A stretch of 64,000 bases of DNA from Candidatus Helarchaeota archaeon (GTDB lineage Archaea > Asgardarchaeota > Lokiarchaeia > Helarchaeales > RDOG01), in assembly GCA_019058315.1 (NCBI GenBank), contig JAHPZH010000004.1, positions 384,001 through 448,000 of the forward strand, written 5' to 3'. The translations under genes and the position numbers were made by a program. The notes under the pieces are model-generated. The model searched no databases. It was not told the DNA's origin and saw nothing but the letters and a program-made list of their open reading frames with translations. Positions 38,138 to 48,682 of this stretch are shown in pieces; positions within the stretch are counted from its first letter, which is position 1; each line of letters starts with the position of its first letter.

Positions 38138-40111
38138 TTAGTATAATTCATCAGCTATATGACTTAGTCCCAAACTTTGTAACTTCTTTAAAGATGGTTT
38201 ACCATCGACTGGATTCCAATCGGCGGTTTTGTAGAACTCTTTTACTAAAGTATCTAAATCAATTGTTTTTCCAGCAAGTGGTCCATGTTTTAATGGAGGT
38301 ATTCCTTTAACCCTATCGGGTAGTTTGAAGTCTGAAGGTTTAATACCTTCTCTAACATTAAATAATTGTCTTAAAACTTGAACACGCTCTCCTGTTTTCA
38401 GTAAATCATCAGTAGATAATTTCCAACCAGTAACTACTTCCATAATTTCGGGTAAGGGGATGTCTCCGAACATTCCAGAGAATTGACAAATTCCAATACA
38501 ATTTAATAACGCTATAGCATTGCTTAATATCAAATGTGACTCTCCTTTTCCCGTGTATTCATATTTTTTAACTTTTGGAAATTTTATATCTTTCAATGGA
38601 ACTAAATCCATTCCAAACTCAAGGAAGCCAGCTCCTCCAGCAGTATGTCTACCGGGTGTTGGATCTGTAATGTAAGTTGTTCCAAAACTTGGATTTAATC
38701 TAGGATCATGCATTGGAAGTTCTTGACCACCTACATGCATAGCATATTGCTCTGAACCTCTTCCAATTTTTTCTGCTGCTATTTTAACTCCATCTGCAAG
38801 AATATCACCAAAACCTTCGCGTTTGGCTATTTTCTCGGTCATTGTTATAATTGCTTCAGCATTTCCCCATGTAAGGTCAATACCATCAATATCCTCTTTT
38901 GACAATATGTTATTTTCGATACATTCCATCGTAAAAGCAATTGCAGATCCTACAGAAATAGTATCTAATCCATAACTATCACAAATCTCGTTAGCTTTGA
39001 TTATAGAATCTATATTGTCATTTAATAGCATAGTTCCAAATGCCGCTAATGTTTCATATTCTGGTCGATGTGTTTCTTCTCCGGCAAATGGTCCATCTGG
39101 TATTTTAACTACTGCTCCACATCTTAAAGGACAAGCTTGGCACCCATAAGCCCTTATTTTATGTTTGACAACATAATCATCACTAATTTTGAAAGAATGT
39201 TTTTTCATTGAAAAATCATGTGAACCTGCTGCACCCCAATTCCTACATGGGGAATCCCCCATTTCTGAAGATACGGAAGTTGACATGGTAGTTCCATATT
39301 TACGAAAACCATCTACTACTGTTCCAACATCTGGCATTGTAAAAACACCTTGCCTTAAAAGCCAAGGTAAAATAGGATTTATTAACCACATCATGAATTT
39401 CATTATACGAGAAGGTTTCTTTTTCAAAGGTTTTAACCAATCTTTTTTGAGCTCACTTAGTCTTTCCGGATCGAAAATTTTTACCTCATTAGTACCTCTA
39501 ACTGCTACTGCTTTCAATTTTTTTGATCCCATAAGAGCTCCTAGTCCACTTCTGGCTGCAGCTCTCCCATGATCAGTCATAACAGCTGAAATTAAAGATA
39601 ATTTTTCTCCTGCAGGACCTATACTTGCAGACTTTACTAACTCATCACCTAATTCATTCTTAAGCATTTTATCAGTTATTCCAGTATCTTTTCCCCATAG
39701 TTTATCAGCATCACGAATTTCTATTTCATCATCTTTAATCCATAAATATACTGGTTTTTCTGAGATATTTTTTATAAAAACGGCATCATATCCAGCTTTT
39801 TTTAATTCTGTACCGAAATAACCTCCTGAATTAGCGTCTCCCCAAGTTTTAGTCAAGGGCGATTTGCCGACAACAGAATATCTTCCAGAAAAGGGAACAT
39901 TAGTACCATTAAATAGACCTGTAATTAGTCCAAATATATTTTCAGAACCTAAAGGATCAACGCCTGGTCTCTGATTGTCGTAAAGATATCTTACACCTGT
40001 CCCAGTTCCACCAAAATAATTTAGGTAAATTTTTTCTTCTGGTTTCTCAATTTTAATATCTTTACTCGCAAGATCAATAATTAGGATTTTTCCCTTATAT
40101 CCATTTGGCAT
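38138..40111 (-). CDS. aor: Tungsten aldehyde:ferredoxin oxidoreductase
   Basis: KSPLT, SGGYFG, GSKKLKAV, PEYET, DTIS, HDPR. Confidence 0.9.
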   Translation of the reverse strand: MPNGYKGKILIIDLASKDIKIEKPEEKIYLNYFGGTGTGVRYLYDNQRPGVDPLGSENIFGLITGLFNGTNVPFSGRYSVVGKSPLTKTWGDANSGGYFGTELKKAGYDAVFIKNISEKPVYLWIKDDEIEIRDADKLWGKDTGITDKMLKNELGDELVKSASIGPAGEKLSLISAVMTDHGRAAARSGLGALMGSKKLKAVAVRGTNEVKIFDPERLSELKKDWLKPLKKKPSRIMKFMMWLINPILPWLLRQGVFTMPDVGTVVDGFRKYGTTMSTSVSSEMGDSPCRNWGAAGSHDFSMKKHSFKISDDYVVKHKIRAYGCQACPLRCGAVVKIPDGPFAGEETHRPEYETLAAFGTMLLNDNIDSIIKANEICDSYGLDTISVGSAIAFTMECIENNILSKEDIDGIDLTWGNAEAIITMTEKIAKREGFGDILADGVKIAAEKIGRGSEQYAMHVGGQELPMHDPRLNPSFGTTYITDPTPGRHTAGGAGFLEFGMDLVPLKDIKFPKVKKYEYTGKGESHLILSNAIALLNCIGICQFSGMFGDIPLPEIMEVVTGWKLSTDDLLKTGERVQVLRQLFNVREGIKPSDFKLPDRVKGIPPLKHGPLAGKTIDLDTLVKEFYKTADWNPVDGKPSLKKLQSLGLSHIADELY

Positions 40112-40320
40112 AATTTTTCACCTTCAATATAACGAAGAAAAATTTTTTTAAAATTTATCGTTTTCTACATTTAGATTAAGTAGATAAGCTATTTTTCGAC
40201 CTTATTTTCGTTTTTTCTTCCTTTTTTTATATGTATTTCTCTTCATGCTCCCTCAAGAATTATTCAATTTTCTATTATTTTCTGTAAAATAGTTTTATGG
40301 TGATACAAAATATTTAAATA

Positions 40321-40354
40321 GTAGATTTCTACAGAGATAGTGTAGATATCTACA
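40321..40354. promoter_or_regulatory. Tandem operator sites, GTAGA-NN-TCTAC
   Basis: GTAGATTTCTAC (40321-40332) and perfect TGTAGATATCTACA (40341-40354) between the divergent aor and V4R genes. Confidence 0.65.
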
Positions 40355-40434
40355 AAAGAATTTAGTAATGTTTAGCAATAAAAGAACAATCTATCAATTT
40401 TTATTATATAATATGAAATATAGAGAGGATTTAG

Positions 40435-40950
40435 ATGCAAATGGCTGAAACTGACTCATTTAATAGTGAAGAATTGATAAAAATGAGTTTTTTATCAGGT
40501 GTTATTACCGATTTTTATATTCAGTTAGTTCCAAAGTTAATGGAAAAGTATAAAGATGAGCAAAAAGTAGCTGATATCTTGAAAACCTTTGGTAGCCGAT
40601 TGATAATAAGATTTCAGAATTATTGGACCCCTAAAAGCAATGGAATCAAGAGGATAATAGAAGAAACTTATAGGATAATCATGAGAAGAAGGTTAAGAAG
40701 AGTTATTGAGGAAGAAAAAGGTAAGAAATGGATTATGGTGGATTCTGATTGTATATTGTGCGGAAAAGGATCTAAAAAATTTAAAAATTTACATTATTGC
40801 ACACTCTTTACTGGTATAATTGAAGGAGGCATTAATCATTTAAGAGAGAAAAAGGGATTTGAATATCTTCCTAAAATAAAGGCAGAAACTATTGCATCAA
40901 AATCCCATGGGGATAAAGTATGTAAACACGTAATTACTGTGGTGGAATAA
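40435..40950 (+). CDS. V4R/Bet3-like domain protein
   Basis: CILC...YCTLFTGIIEG...HGDKVCKH. Confidence 0.7.
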   Translation: MQMAETDSFNSEELIKMSFLSGVITDFYIQLVPKLMEKYKDEQKVADILKTFGSRLIIRFQNYWTPKSNGIKRIIEETYRIIMRRRLRRVIEEEKGKKWIMVDSDCILCGKGSKKFKNLHYCTLFTGIIEGGINHLREKKGFEYLPKIKAETIASKSHGDKVCKHVITVVE

Positions 40951-40952
40951 AA

Positions 40953-41582
40953 ATGCTTAGATATATTGAACGAGGATTTAAAGACGTTTTAGGCGGACTT
41001 GGTAAAAGATTTGTTAGACGAACGGAGAAAAAAATGAACACATTATTTCTGAGTATAATTATTTTAGAGTATACTCGAGTTTTGGTAGAATATCTATTTG
41101 ATGGAAATTTAGAAGCTGCTTTGGAAGATTTTTATGATACGGGTAGAATTACTGGAAAAGGAATTACAGATGATCATTTAGATACAGCAAGATATATTCT
41201 ATCAAAATCATTAGAGGATACTCCTCGGATGGCTAAAATTTTTTGGTATATTGCGATGGGCGAAGATGTGCCCAATAGAAATATTCGCTTCGTTCCAAAA
41301 GGGAAAGAAGGTAATGAATATGACATGCTTACTTGGACTTTTGACAAGTGTATTTTCTGTGCAATGTCAACTGAAGAAAAGGATATAATGATCAATAAAG
41401 AGACGATGGGAAATCAGACATGGGGTGGTCAATGTGCAGGAATATTTGAATCTATAATGCAAGCAGTCCAAGACTATATGGGGAATAATTACGAAATAAA
41501 AGTAAAAGAAACAAAATGTATTATGAGGGGCGACCCTAATAATGAATATGAGATGTTTTTCATTCCAAGAGAAATAGAATAA
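40953..41582 (+). CDS. V4R-domain protein
   Basis: CIFC...AGIFES...ETKCIMRGD. Confidence 0.75.
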   Translation: MLRYIERGFKDVLGGLGKRFVRRTEKKMNTLFLSIIILEYTRVLVEYLFDGNLEAALEDFYDTGRITGKGITDDHLDTARYILSKSLEDTPRMAKIFWYIAMGEDVPNRNIRFVPKGKEGNEYDMLTWTFDKCIFCAMSTEEKDIMINKETMGNQTWGGQCAGIFESIMQAVQDYMGNNYEIKVKETKCIMRGDPNNEYEMFFIPREIE

Positions 41583-41623
41583 CTATTTTACCTTTATAGC
41601 TGAATCGTTTGAAGTAAAGATTG

Positions 41624-43336
41624 TCAGAACATCAGCGTTTCAATTCCAATTTTATCTATATCATGTGCTTGGAATTTAATAACCACATCGATTACGGCAG
41701 GTAGATTAGAATTTTTCGCACGCTGAAGAGCACCTTTAATTTTATTTGGATCAGTGACTCTTTCCCCATAGCAACCGAATCCCTTAGCAATTTCGGCAAA
41801 ATTTGTATCACTAAAATCAACATCTATAAATCTTTTTTTGAAAGCATATTTTTGTCCAGATTTGATCATTCCCCAAGCGCTATTATTACCGACTACACAA
41901 ATAAAGGGCAATCCACATCGTTTAGCAGTTTCTAATTCTTGAATGTTAATGATTATAGAACCATCGCCACTGATAGTGCAAACTTGTCTTTCAGGAGCTG
42001 CTAACTTTGCACCAATTGCATAGGGAATACTAGTACCCAAGTGTCCCATCCCGATAGCTTGCAGTACCTTCCGATGGTGATACATATGAATCTGTTCTAA
42101 AGCAAAAAACGCGATATCTCCGCCATCTAGTATTACTATGGCATTATCATCTATAAATTCATCTAATTCCTTTATTAAACGCTGTGGTTTAATTGGAACT
42201 GCATCAGAACTACTGCGTTTTTTCATTTTTTCCATATATTTATCTCGAGCTTCCTTAAGGGATCTAAGCCAGTCGGATTCTTGCTTCACTTCCGGTTTTC
42301 GCTTCTTTATTAATTCGAGCATATGTTGCAATACAGGTTTACAATCACCAAGAATACCTAACTCTACGGGGCGATTTTTCCCTATTTCGCTTGGATCAAT
42401 ATCAATTTGAATTACGGGTAGGTCATCTCGCCATAATGGTGCTTTTCCAAACATAAGGGATAAACCAAATCTGGCACCAAATGCTAATACTAAATCAGTC
42501 TCCATAATAGCTTTTTGAGTGTTAGATGTAAGTAATCCAGGACCACCAATGTAAGCAGAAGTTTCTTTAAGTATTCCTGAACTGCCAATTATAGTGGTAG
42601 TCATAGGAATTTTTAAGTACTCGGCAAAATCATTAAGTTCTTTTTCAGCTTTCGCAGAAACCACACCGCCCCCTGCAATTATTAACGGTCGTTCTGCATT
42701 TAATAATATATTGATTGCTTGTTCAACTAATTTAGGATCTGCCGTTGGATTAAAAAGCGATCGATAATTAGAAGGTTTTGGACAAACAATCTCCTTCTTT
42801 ACTTCAGTAGCTAGCACTTCAAAGGGAATATCAAGATGCACAGGTCTTGGACGTCCTGAATATGCTTCCCGAAAGGCCTTTTGTACATATTCTATAATTC
42901 TCTCAGTACTCAAGATCTGTTTTTGATATTTTACTACTGGTCGATACATACCGATTTGGTCTAAATCTCCTTGTAGAAATCCTATATCCATTTGATTAAT
43001 TGTAACTTGTGGGGTAATTACTAAGACTGGGATGCTATCTGACCACGCGGTGGCAATTCCTGGTAGCATATGTGTTGCGCCGGGTCCTACAGTTCCCATA
43101 CAAACGCCAATCTCTCCTGTAACACGTGCCCAAGCATCGGCTGCATGTGCAGCTCCTTGTTCATGTCGGAACATGATCGTATCAATGCCTTGTTCTCGAC
43201 CCCATCTATAAATCGCGTCATAGATATTTAAAAGTTGACCACCCGGAACTCCGAAAATAAATCGGACATTCTCATTTATAAGTGCCTGAACTAACAAATC
43301 CCCGCCAGTCATAATATCTTTCTTTTTCTCACCCAT
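41624..43336 (-). CDS. TPP-dependent enzyme (acetolactate synthase / 2-hydroxyacyl-CoA lyase family)
   Basis: FGVPGG, RHEQ, GPG, GDGS...NNSAWGM. Confidence 0.9.
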   Translation of the reverse strand: MGEKKKDIMTGGDLLVQALINENVRFIFGVPGGQLLNIYDAIYRWGREQGIDTIMFRHEQGAAHAADAWARVTGEIGVCMGTVGPGATHMLPGIATAWSDSIPVLVITPQVTINQMDIGFLQGDLDQIGMYRPVVKYQKQILSTERIIEYVQKAFREAYSGRPRPVHLDIPFEVLATEVKKEIVCPKPSNYRSLFNPTADPKLVEQAINILLNAERPLIIAGGGVVSAKAEKELNDFAEYLKIPMTTTIIGSSGILKETSAYIGGPGLLTSNTQKAIMETDLVLAFGARFGLSLMFGKAPLWRDDLPVIQIDIDPSEIGKNRPVELGILGDCKPVLQHMLELIKKRKPEVKQESDWLRSLKEARDKYMEKMKKRSSSDAVPIKPQRLIKELDEFIDDNAIVILDGGDIAFFALEQIHMYHHRKVLQAIGMGHLGTSIPYAIGAKLAAPERQVCTISGDGSIIINIQELETAKRCGLPFICVVGNNSAWGMIKSGQKYAFKKRFIDVDFSDTNFAEIAKGFGCYGERVTDPNKIKGALQRAKNSNLPAVIDVVIKFQAHDIDKIGIETLMF

Positions 43337-43419
43337 TTTAACACCAAACAGTTCATAATTGTTTAAAGCTTAAGTTTTTTCATCTAAACATTTTTGTATA
43401 AAATATATATAATAAATTT

Positions 43420-44412
43420 ATGAAAGCTCTAGTTTTAAAAACAATAAAAGATCTTGAATTATCAAAGGATTTCCCAAGACCAACCATTTCAAAAAAGGAA
43501 GTTCTCATTAGGGTAAAATACTGTGGTATTTGCGGAAGTGATCTGGAAGCATATAATTATGGAAAAGTCTTAACACCCCTTATTTTAGGACATGAATTTT
43601 CTGGAGAAATAGAGGAGATAGGATCTAAGGTTACAGATTGGAATATTGGGGATCGAGTAACTGCCTATCCTGGAGAATTCTGTGGAAAATGCTATTTCTG
43701 TAAAAAAGGTGAGGAAAATCGATGTATTAGCACAATGGTAGGACTTGGCATTTCTGTTAATGGTGCATTAGCAGAATATGTGAAAATATCCTCAAAATCC
43801 CTATGTAAATTACCTGATTCGGTTAGTTATGAAGACGGAGCCCTAGTAGAACCCTTATCCGTAGGATATCATGGTGTAAAGAACTCAGGAATCCAATCAA
43901 ACGATACTGCTGTTGTAATTGGCGCTGGGACAATTGGATTATCCACGATCCAAGCTTTAAAGTTATCTAATATTGAAAATATCTATATTATTGAACCTTC
44001 TGAATTTAATCGAAATCTAGCATTACAAATGGGAGTTCAAAAAGCAGTTCGTCCATCCAAGATAAATAAAATTGGTCCAAAATTTATATTTGATTGTGCT
44101 GGCTTTCCTAAAACCTACAAAGACGCCATCCATATAGTTCAGAGGGGTGGTCATGTCGTTTTATTAGGAGTTCATTTTGAAAATGTTCCGATTTCTTTCT
44201 TAGAGGTAATTGCTAAAGAAGTAAATTTGAAAGGAAGCTTTGGCTACTCATTTGAAGAATTCAAGGAAGTAATTGCACTCCTAAGTCAAAAAAAATTTCA
44301 AACCAATCTAATTGTGTCAAAAAAAGTGAGATTTGAGAATGCAATTAACGAAGGATTCCATGAACTTCTTAAACCAAATAGAAAAGCGGCTAAAATATTG
44401 GTCGAAATTTGA
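43420..44412 (+). CDS. Zn-dependent medium-chain alcohol dehydrogenase
   Basis: CGICGSD, GHEFSG, CGKCYFC, GAGTIG. Confidence 0.9.
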   Translation: MKALVLKTIKDLELSKDFPRPTISKKEVLIRVKYCGICGSDLEAYNYGKVLTPLILGHEFSGEIEEIGSKVTDWNIGDRVTAYPGEFCGKCYFCKKGEENRCISTMVGLGISVNGALAEYVKISSKSLCKLPDSVSYEDGALVEPLSVGYHGVKNSGIQSNDTAVVIGAGTIGLSTIQALKLSNIENIYIIEPSEFNRNLALQMGVQKAVRPSKINKIGPKFIFDCAGFPKTYKDAIHIVQRGGHVVLLGVHFENVPISFLEVIAKEVNLKGSFGYSFEEFKEVIALLSQKKFQTNLIVSKKVRFENAINEGFHELLKPNRKAAKILVEI

Positions 44413-44561
44413 TTATTAAATTCTTGTCTACATTCTAAAAAGTTTTTGTCAAATTAAGGAAGAATAAAATAGTATTATTCATCATTTCTAATTTCACTTA
44501 TTTGTAAATTTAAGTTAAGATTTAATAATTAATATTATCTAAAGCGAAATAGAAAATTGAT

Positions 44562-44629
44562 GGATCTCATCCTCTCAAAAAAAGAGGAGGGATGGAGGGG
44601 ATAAAAAATAGTTAATGAGGATGAGATCC
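44562..44629. other. Stem-loop element family A, copy 1
   Basis: 13-bp perfect stem GGATCTCATCCTC/GAGGATGAGATCC; GA-rich 42-nt loop. Confidence 0.6.
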
Positions 44630-44894
44630 TTAATAATGGATTTTTTTTACTTTTCCTTCGCGTTCATCTCCTTTTTCTTGTTTATTGGTTTTTGTTTTAA
44701 CATTTTTCACCTTCTAATTATTATATTACTTTTTTTCTTTTGATAATTCTTAGGTAAAAAATAGGGAAAAATTGGGACAAATTAGAAATAAATACTGAAT
44801 TGAGTTAATTTTTAATTTAAATTTCCAATTTTGCTCTATTATGACAGATGTAGGTAGATATTCAAATTCATAAAAAAATCTTAATTGGGGGCGA

Positions 44895-44970
44895 GTCTAC
44901 CTTCACCGTAAAAAGAGGAGGGGATGAGGGAGGGGGGAGGGAATCAAAAATGAAACGGTGAAGGTAAGAC
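44895..44970. other. Stem-loop element family A, copy 2
   Basis: 12-bp stem TACCTTCACCGT/ACGGTGAAGGTA plus GTC/GAC; loop starts AAAAAGAGGAGGGGATG as in copy 1. Confidence 0.6.
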
Positions 44971-45190
44971 CCTTAAATATATTCCGATGCATTTAAGTAT
45001 CCAGTGTTAATATACGAATTGTTATATTTAAATCGTATAGTTAATTCGAGTTTACGATTTACAACTTTTATTAAATTCAATTTGACTTAAATTTCATTTA
45101 ATTGATTTAAAAATCATTTAAAAGTAATTTCAAAAATAATTATTTGTAAGTTTTAATAGTTATAATTAAATCGAATAATGAGGGATTTAT

Positions 45191-46471
45191 TTGGAAAATG
45201 ACAAGATATTCGAAGAAGTAGATAAAATTGATGAAAAAAGAATAGTTTCTATAATGAATGAACTAATTTCAATAAATACATCAGTTCCTCCAGGTAAAAA
45301 TTATGAGATATTTGTTGATACTTTGGTTCCTTATTTCAAAAATCTCGGTTTTTCGTTAGAAAAAGTAATAGTCCCACCGTCTAAAATTAAGGAGATTCCT
45401 TTACCTCTTGAAGGTGAGAGAGTAAATCTGGTAGCCTTTAGAGATTTGGGAAAAAGCCAAGATATAAATTTCTATTCGCATATGGATGTTGTTCCAGTTG
45501 AAGACGAGAAAAAATGGAAACATAATCCATTTTCCGCTACAGTTACAAAAAGGGGAAAGATTTATGGCCGTGGAACATCGGACATGAAAGGAAATATTGT
45601 ATGCTTAATTCTAGCACTAGAAATAATGAAAAAATTGAATTTAGAATCAAAATATAATATTAAAATTTTAATTTGCACGGATGAGGAAATTGGGATTCAA
45701 CCCGGAGTCAGATATTTAACTGAAAATGGTTATATAAAGGAAGATAGTATAATTATTTGTATGGAGGGTGCACAAGAAAACGTAATTATTGTTGGTTCAG
45801 CTGGAGATTTTGATGTAGAAGTTGAATGTATAGGTATAAGCTGCCATTCAGGAATGAATTTTATGGGAATTAATGCAATAGAACAGACAATTCCTATATT
45901 AAATGAATTAATGAAATTAAAGAAAATTGTTGAAAAACGACAAAGTAAAGATATTCCTGGGATTCCACGTCAGGATGATCCATCTAGAAGAATGATGTCT
46001 CCCATGTTTAATATTGATATAATTCGTGGGGGTACAAAGTCAAATATCGTTCCAGATAAGTGTACATTTGTAATAAATAGAAGATATATACCTGATGAAA
46101 ATTTCGAAGATGTAAAGAAAGAAACCTTAGAAGCTCTTGAAAAAGGTAAATCGCAAAGCTCTTTAAAAAATTTAAAAATTAAGGCTTACAATATATATCC
46201 CGCTTTAAAAGTAGATCCAAATACAGAATATATTGAGAAAATGAAAAAAATAGTTTGCTTAGTTCATAATACGCAACCCGAAAAGCTAGGCTATCTAGGA
46301 ATATCTGGTTCAACGGATATGGGTTTTGTTAATGAAGTATCTCAGAATATTATTATGAGAGGAGTGGCTAATATCCAATCAAATTCTCATGGAGTTAATG
46401 AATCTATTCGAATGAAAGATGTTAAATCTTTTATAAAGGAAATCATATTGTATCTTTGTAGTGATTTTTAA
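45191..46471 (+). CDS. M20 peptidase (ArgE/DapE family)
   Basis: HMDVVP, GRGTSDMKG, DEE, SHGVNE. Confidence 0.9.
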   Translation: MENDKIFEEVDKIDEKRIVSIMNELISINTSVPPGKNYEIFVDTLVPYFKNLGFSLEKVIVPPSKIKEIPLPLEGERVNLVAFRDLGKSQDINFYSHMDVVPVEDEKKWKHNPFSATVTKRGKIYGRGTSDMKGNIVCLILALEIMKKLNLESKYNIKILICTDEEIGIQPGVRYLTENGYIKEDSIIICMEGAQENVIIVGSAGDFDVEVECIGISCHSGMNFMGINAIEQTIPILNELMKLKKIVEKRQSKDIPGIPRQDDPSRRMMSPMFNIDIIRGGTKSNIVPDKCTFVINRRYIPDENFEDVKKETLEALEKGKSQSSLKNLKIKAYNIYPALKVDPNTEYIEKMKKIVCLVHNTQPEKLGYLGISGSTDMGFVNEVSQNIIMRGVANIQSNSHGVNESIRMKDVKSFIKEIILYLCSDF

Positions 46472-46567
46472 AAACAAACTAACCATTTTTCTTCTTTTTA
46501 GGTTTCAAAATGAACCCTTTTTCATTGTTACATTCTAAACATTTATATAGAATATTTTAACAAAACA

Positions 46568-46583
46568 TTGTAGATATCTACAA
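46568..46583. promoter_or_regulatory. Operator palindrome
   Basis: Perfect TTGTAGATATCTACAA, same core as 40341-40354. Confidence 0.65.
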
Positions 46584-46620
46584 ATTAAGATATAAAGAAT
46601 AAAAATTTGGAAGTAAAAAA

Positions 46621-47109
46621 ATGGGTTCAGAAACAAATGAAAAAGAAAAAATAACTTATGGGGAATTGCCACACACACATTTATATCATTTAATAGGAGT
46701 TATATCCTTTTTCACAGTATGGATATTGGATTCATTCATTTTCGAATATTCAACATTTCTACAAGAAGATATAGATTGGTTCATTCGATTCCCCATCGGA
46801 ATGGCTATTATGATTGTTGGTTTCATTATTTCAGGACTAGCACATGAAGTAAAATTTCATAAGAAAGTCTCTGGTGTTATTGACAATGGAGTATATGGAG
46901 TATCCCGACATCCAATGTATTTAGGCTTTATAATGGCTTATATCGGAGCTATAATATCAACACTTTCGCTAATAAGCTTCATTCCTTGGGTTTATATTAT
47001 TATTATAAACCATATAATGGCAAATTTCGAGGAAAAAAAACTTTTAGAGGAATTCGGAGACGATTATCGAGAATATCAGAGTAAAGTTCCAAAGTGGTTA
47101 TTGATTTAG
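46621..47109 (+). CDS. ICMT/PEMT-family membrane methyltransferase
   Basis: GVYGVSRHPMYLG...EEKKLLEEFGDDYREY. Confidence 0.85.
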   Translation: MGSETNEKEKITYGELPHTHLYHLIGVISFFTVWILDSFIFEYSTFLQEDIDWFIRFPIGMAIMIVGFIISGLAHEVKFHKKVSGVIDNGVYGVSRHPMYLGFIMAYIGAIISTLSLISFIPWVYIIIINHIMANFEEKKLLEEFGDDYREYQSKVPKWLLI

Positions 47110-47868
47110 CTTATTTCTTCATATCTGCGTTTTTCATTTTTTTAATAAACTAGATAACTTAAGAATTATTTTTTAAAAAATTATATTTATTGGATTTATA
47201 TCATAGTAAAAATGGTAAATTATGAAGAAAAACCTGAGAAATTCTTTAATTTTGGATATATACATTATTAGAAGAAAATACATGAGTGATTATTAGACTA
47301 ATTTATAATATGATGGAGGAATCTTCCCTAAAAAAGTGTTTGGGACAATTTAAGCTAAGAGGGGTTTATAAAAATAGAATTTGGGAAGATTCTTAAAATT
47401 TCTCCATACATATTCTTTAAATAAATTTGATTATTTTAAATTAAAATGTCAATTTGAATTGAATAAATTGAATTAGGAAATTCCAGACAAATAAATAAAA
47501 GAAATGAATGAAATTGTATTTCGTAATTAATTTTTACCTAATTAATGAACAATTGGCAAATTATGAGAACTTAATCGTTAATTGGTATTCGGTTGAGAGG
47601 AATATTATAAATATTCAAGGTATACAAAAGTTACAAATCTGAAAATTCGAAAAAATAAAAGAATCTTCCCAAAAGTAGTTTTTAGGATAATTTAAGAAAA
47701 GTGTTATTAAAAAGAGTGGGTGGGAAGATTCTCATAGCAATATCAAACCAATGATGAAATATAAAATATTATGTTTATTAAAATTGAGTAATTCGAGCAA
47801 TCATCGATTGATATTGAGTTAATGAATTTTTTTTAATGCCTCTTCAAAAATATTAAATTGAGAAAAAA

Positions 47869-48100
47869 ATGGTTTCTAAAAACCAAGATCCTTATGAAAT
47901 AATCGTACAGAAAAATGAGAGAATACCCAAACGACATTCCTATAGTAGAGAGAAAGAGAGTTATTCGTATTTGCCAATCAATTGACCTTCAATCCCAGAT
48001 CTTAAATGTTGAATAAATCCATAAAATTAAGGATAAATGTCAAAAACCAATCGTAATAACTGATTGTGGAAATAGGACGGAAATATTAGAAATAAGAGAG
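47869..48100 (+). pseudogene. Deleted, frameshifted copy of the 4Fe-4S gene at 48683
   Basis: DPYEII, YPNDIPIV, QSID.QSQILNVE*, CQKPIVITDC segments. Confidence 0.8.
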
Positions 48101-48101
48101 T

Positions 48102-48359
48102 ATGGTAATTGAAATTATGGAAATAGCAAAATCTTCAACTTATCAAGATTAGGGAAACAGATATAGCGGAACTTTCGCAGGGTGGTCTTGGAATGGGAAA
48201 GATATAGAAAAGTTGAATGAAAAATTATTAATTAAAACTCCCATTAATAATCTTTTAATGGTAGGAATATATACCGCATCCGAACTTTTTCTAGGAGGAT
48301 ATCCAACTGCAAGCTTTACCGCAAACTTAGCAGTTGATCTAATTTTAGAGAATCATTAA
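48102..48359 (+). pseudogene. C-terminal fragment of a phytoene-desaturase-like FAD oxidoreductase
   Basis: GTFAGWSW...KTPINNLLMVG...GGYPTASFTANLA with an in-frame TAG. Confidence 0.55.
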
Positions 48360-48682
48360 ATAAATAAAGCAAAGCAAAATCGCTGTATACGAATGAAATT
48401 AGGGGTATATATAAAATATTATGAATTTGAAGATGGAGGAATCCAACCTACAAAGTTTTTAGGATAATTTAAGAAGGGATACTAAAAGGAGTTTTTCGTA
48501 GGCAGATTCTCATATTCATTTCTCCATCTTGCAATTTTGATAATCAATCGTACTATTTAAATTTTTTAAGTCAATTTGAATTTACATTAATATTAAAATT
48601 GTTTTCTAGAAAAATCTACTAGATATTATTAATGAATTAATGAATTAAAAGAAATTTAGGATATATTAAATGGAGAAATCGT

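Larger units (their letters stand above)
47313..48529. repeat. Stem-loop element family B, 3 dispersed copies (47313-47407, 47660-47732, 48431-48529)
   Basis: GAATCTTCCC/GGGAAGATTC-type stems; shared loop GT(G/T)TTT(A/G)GGA(C/T)AATTTAAG. Confidence 0.65.
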
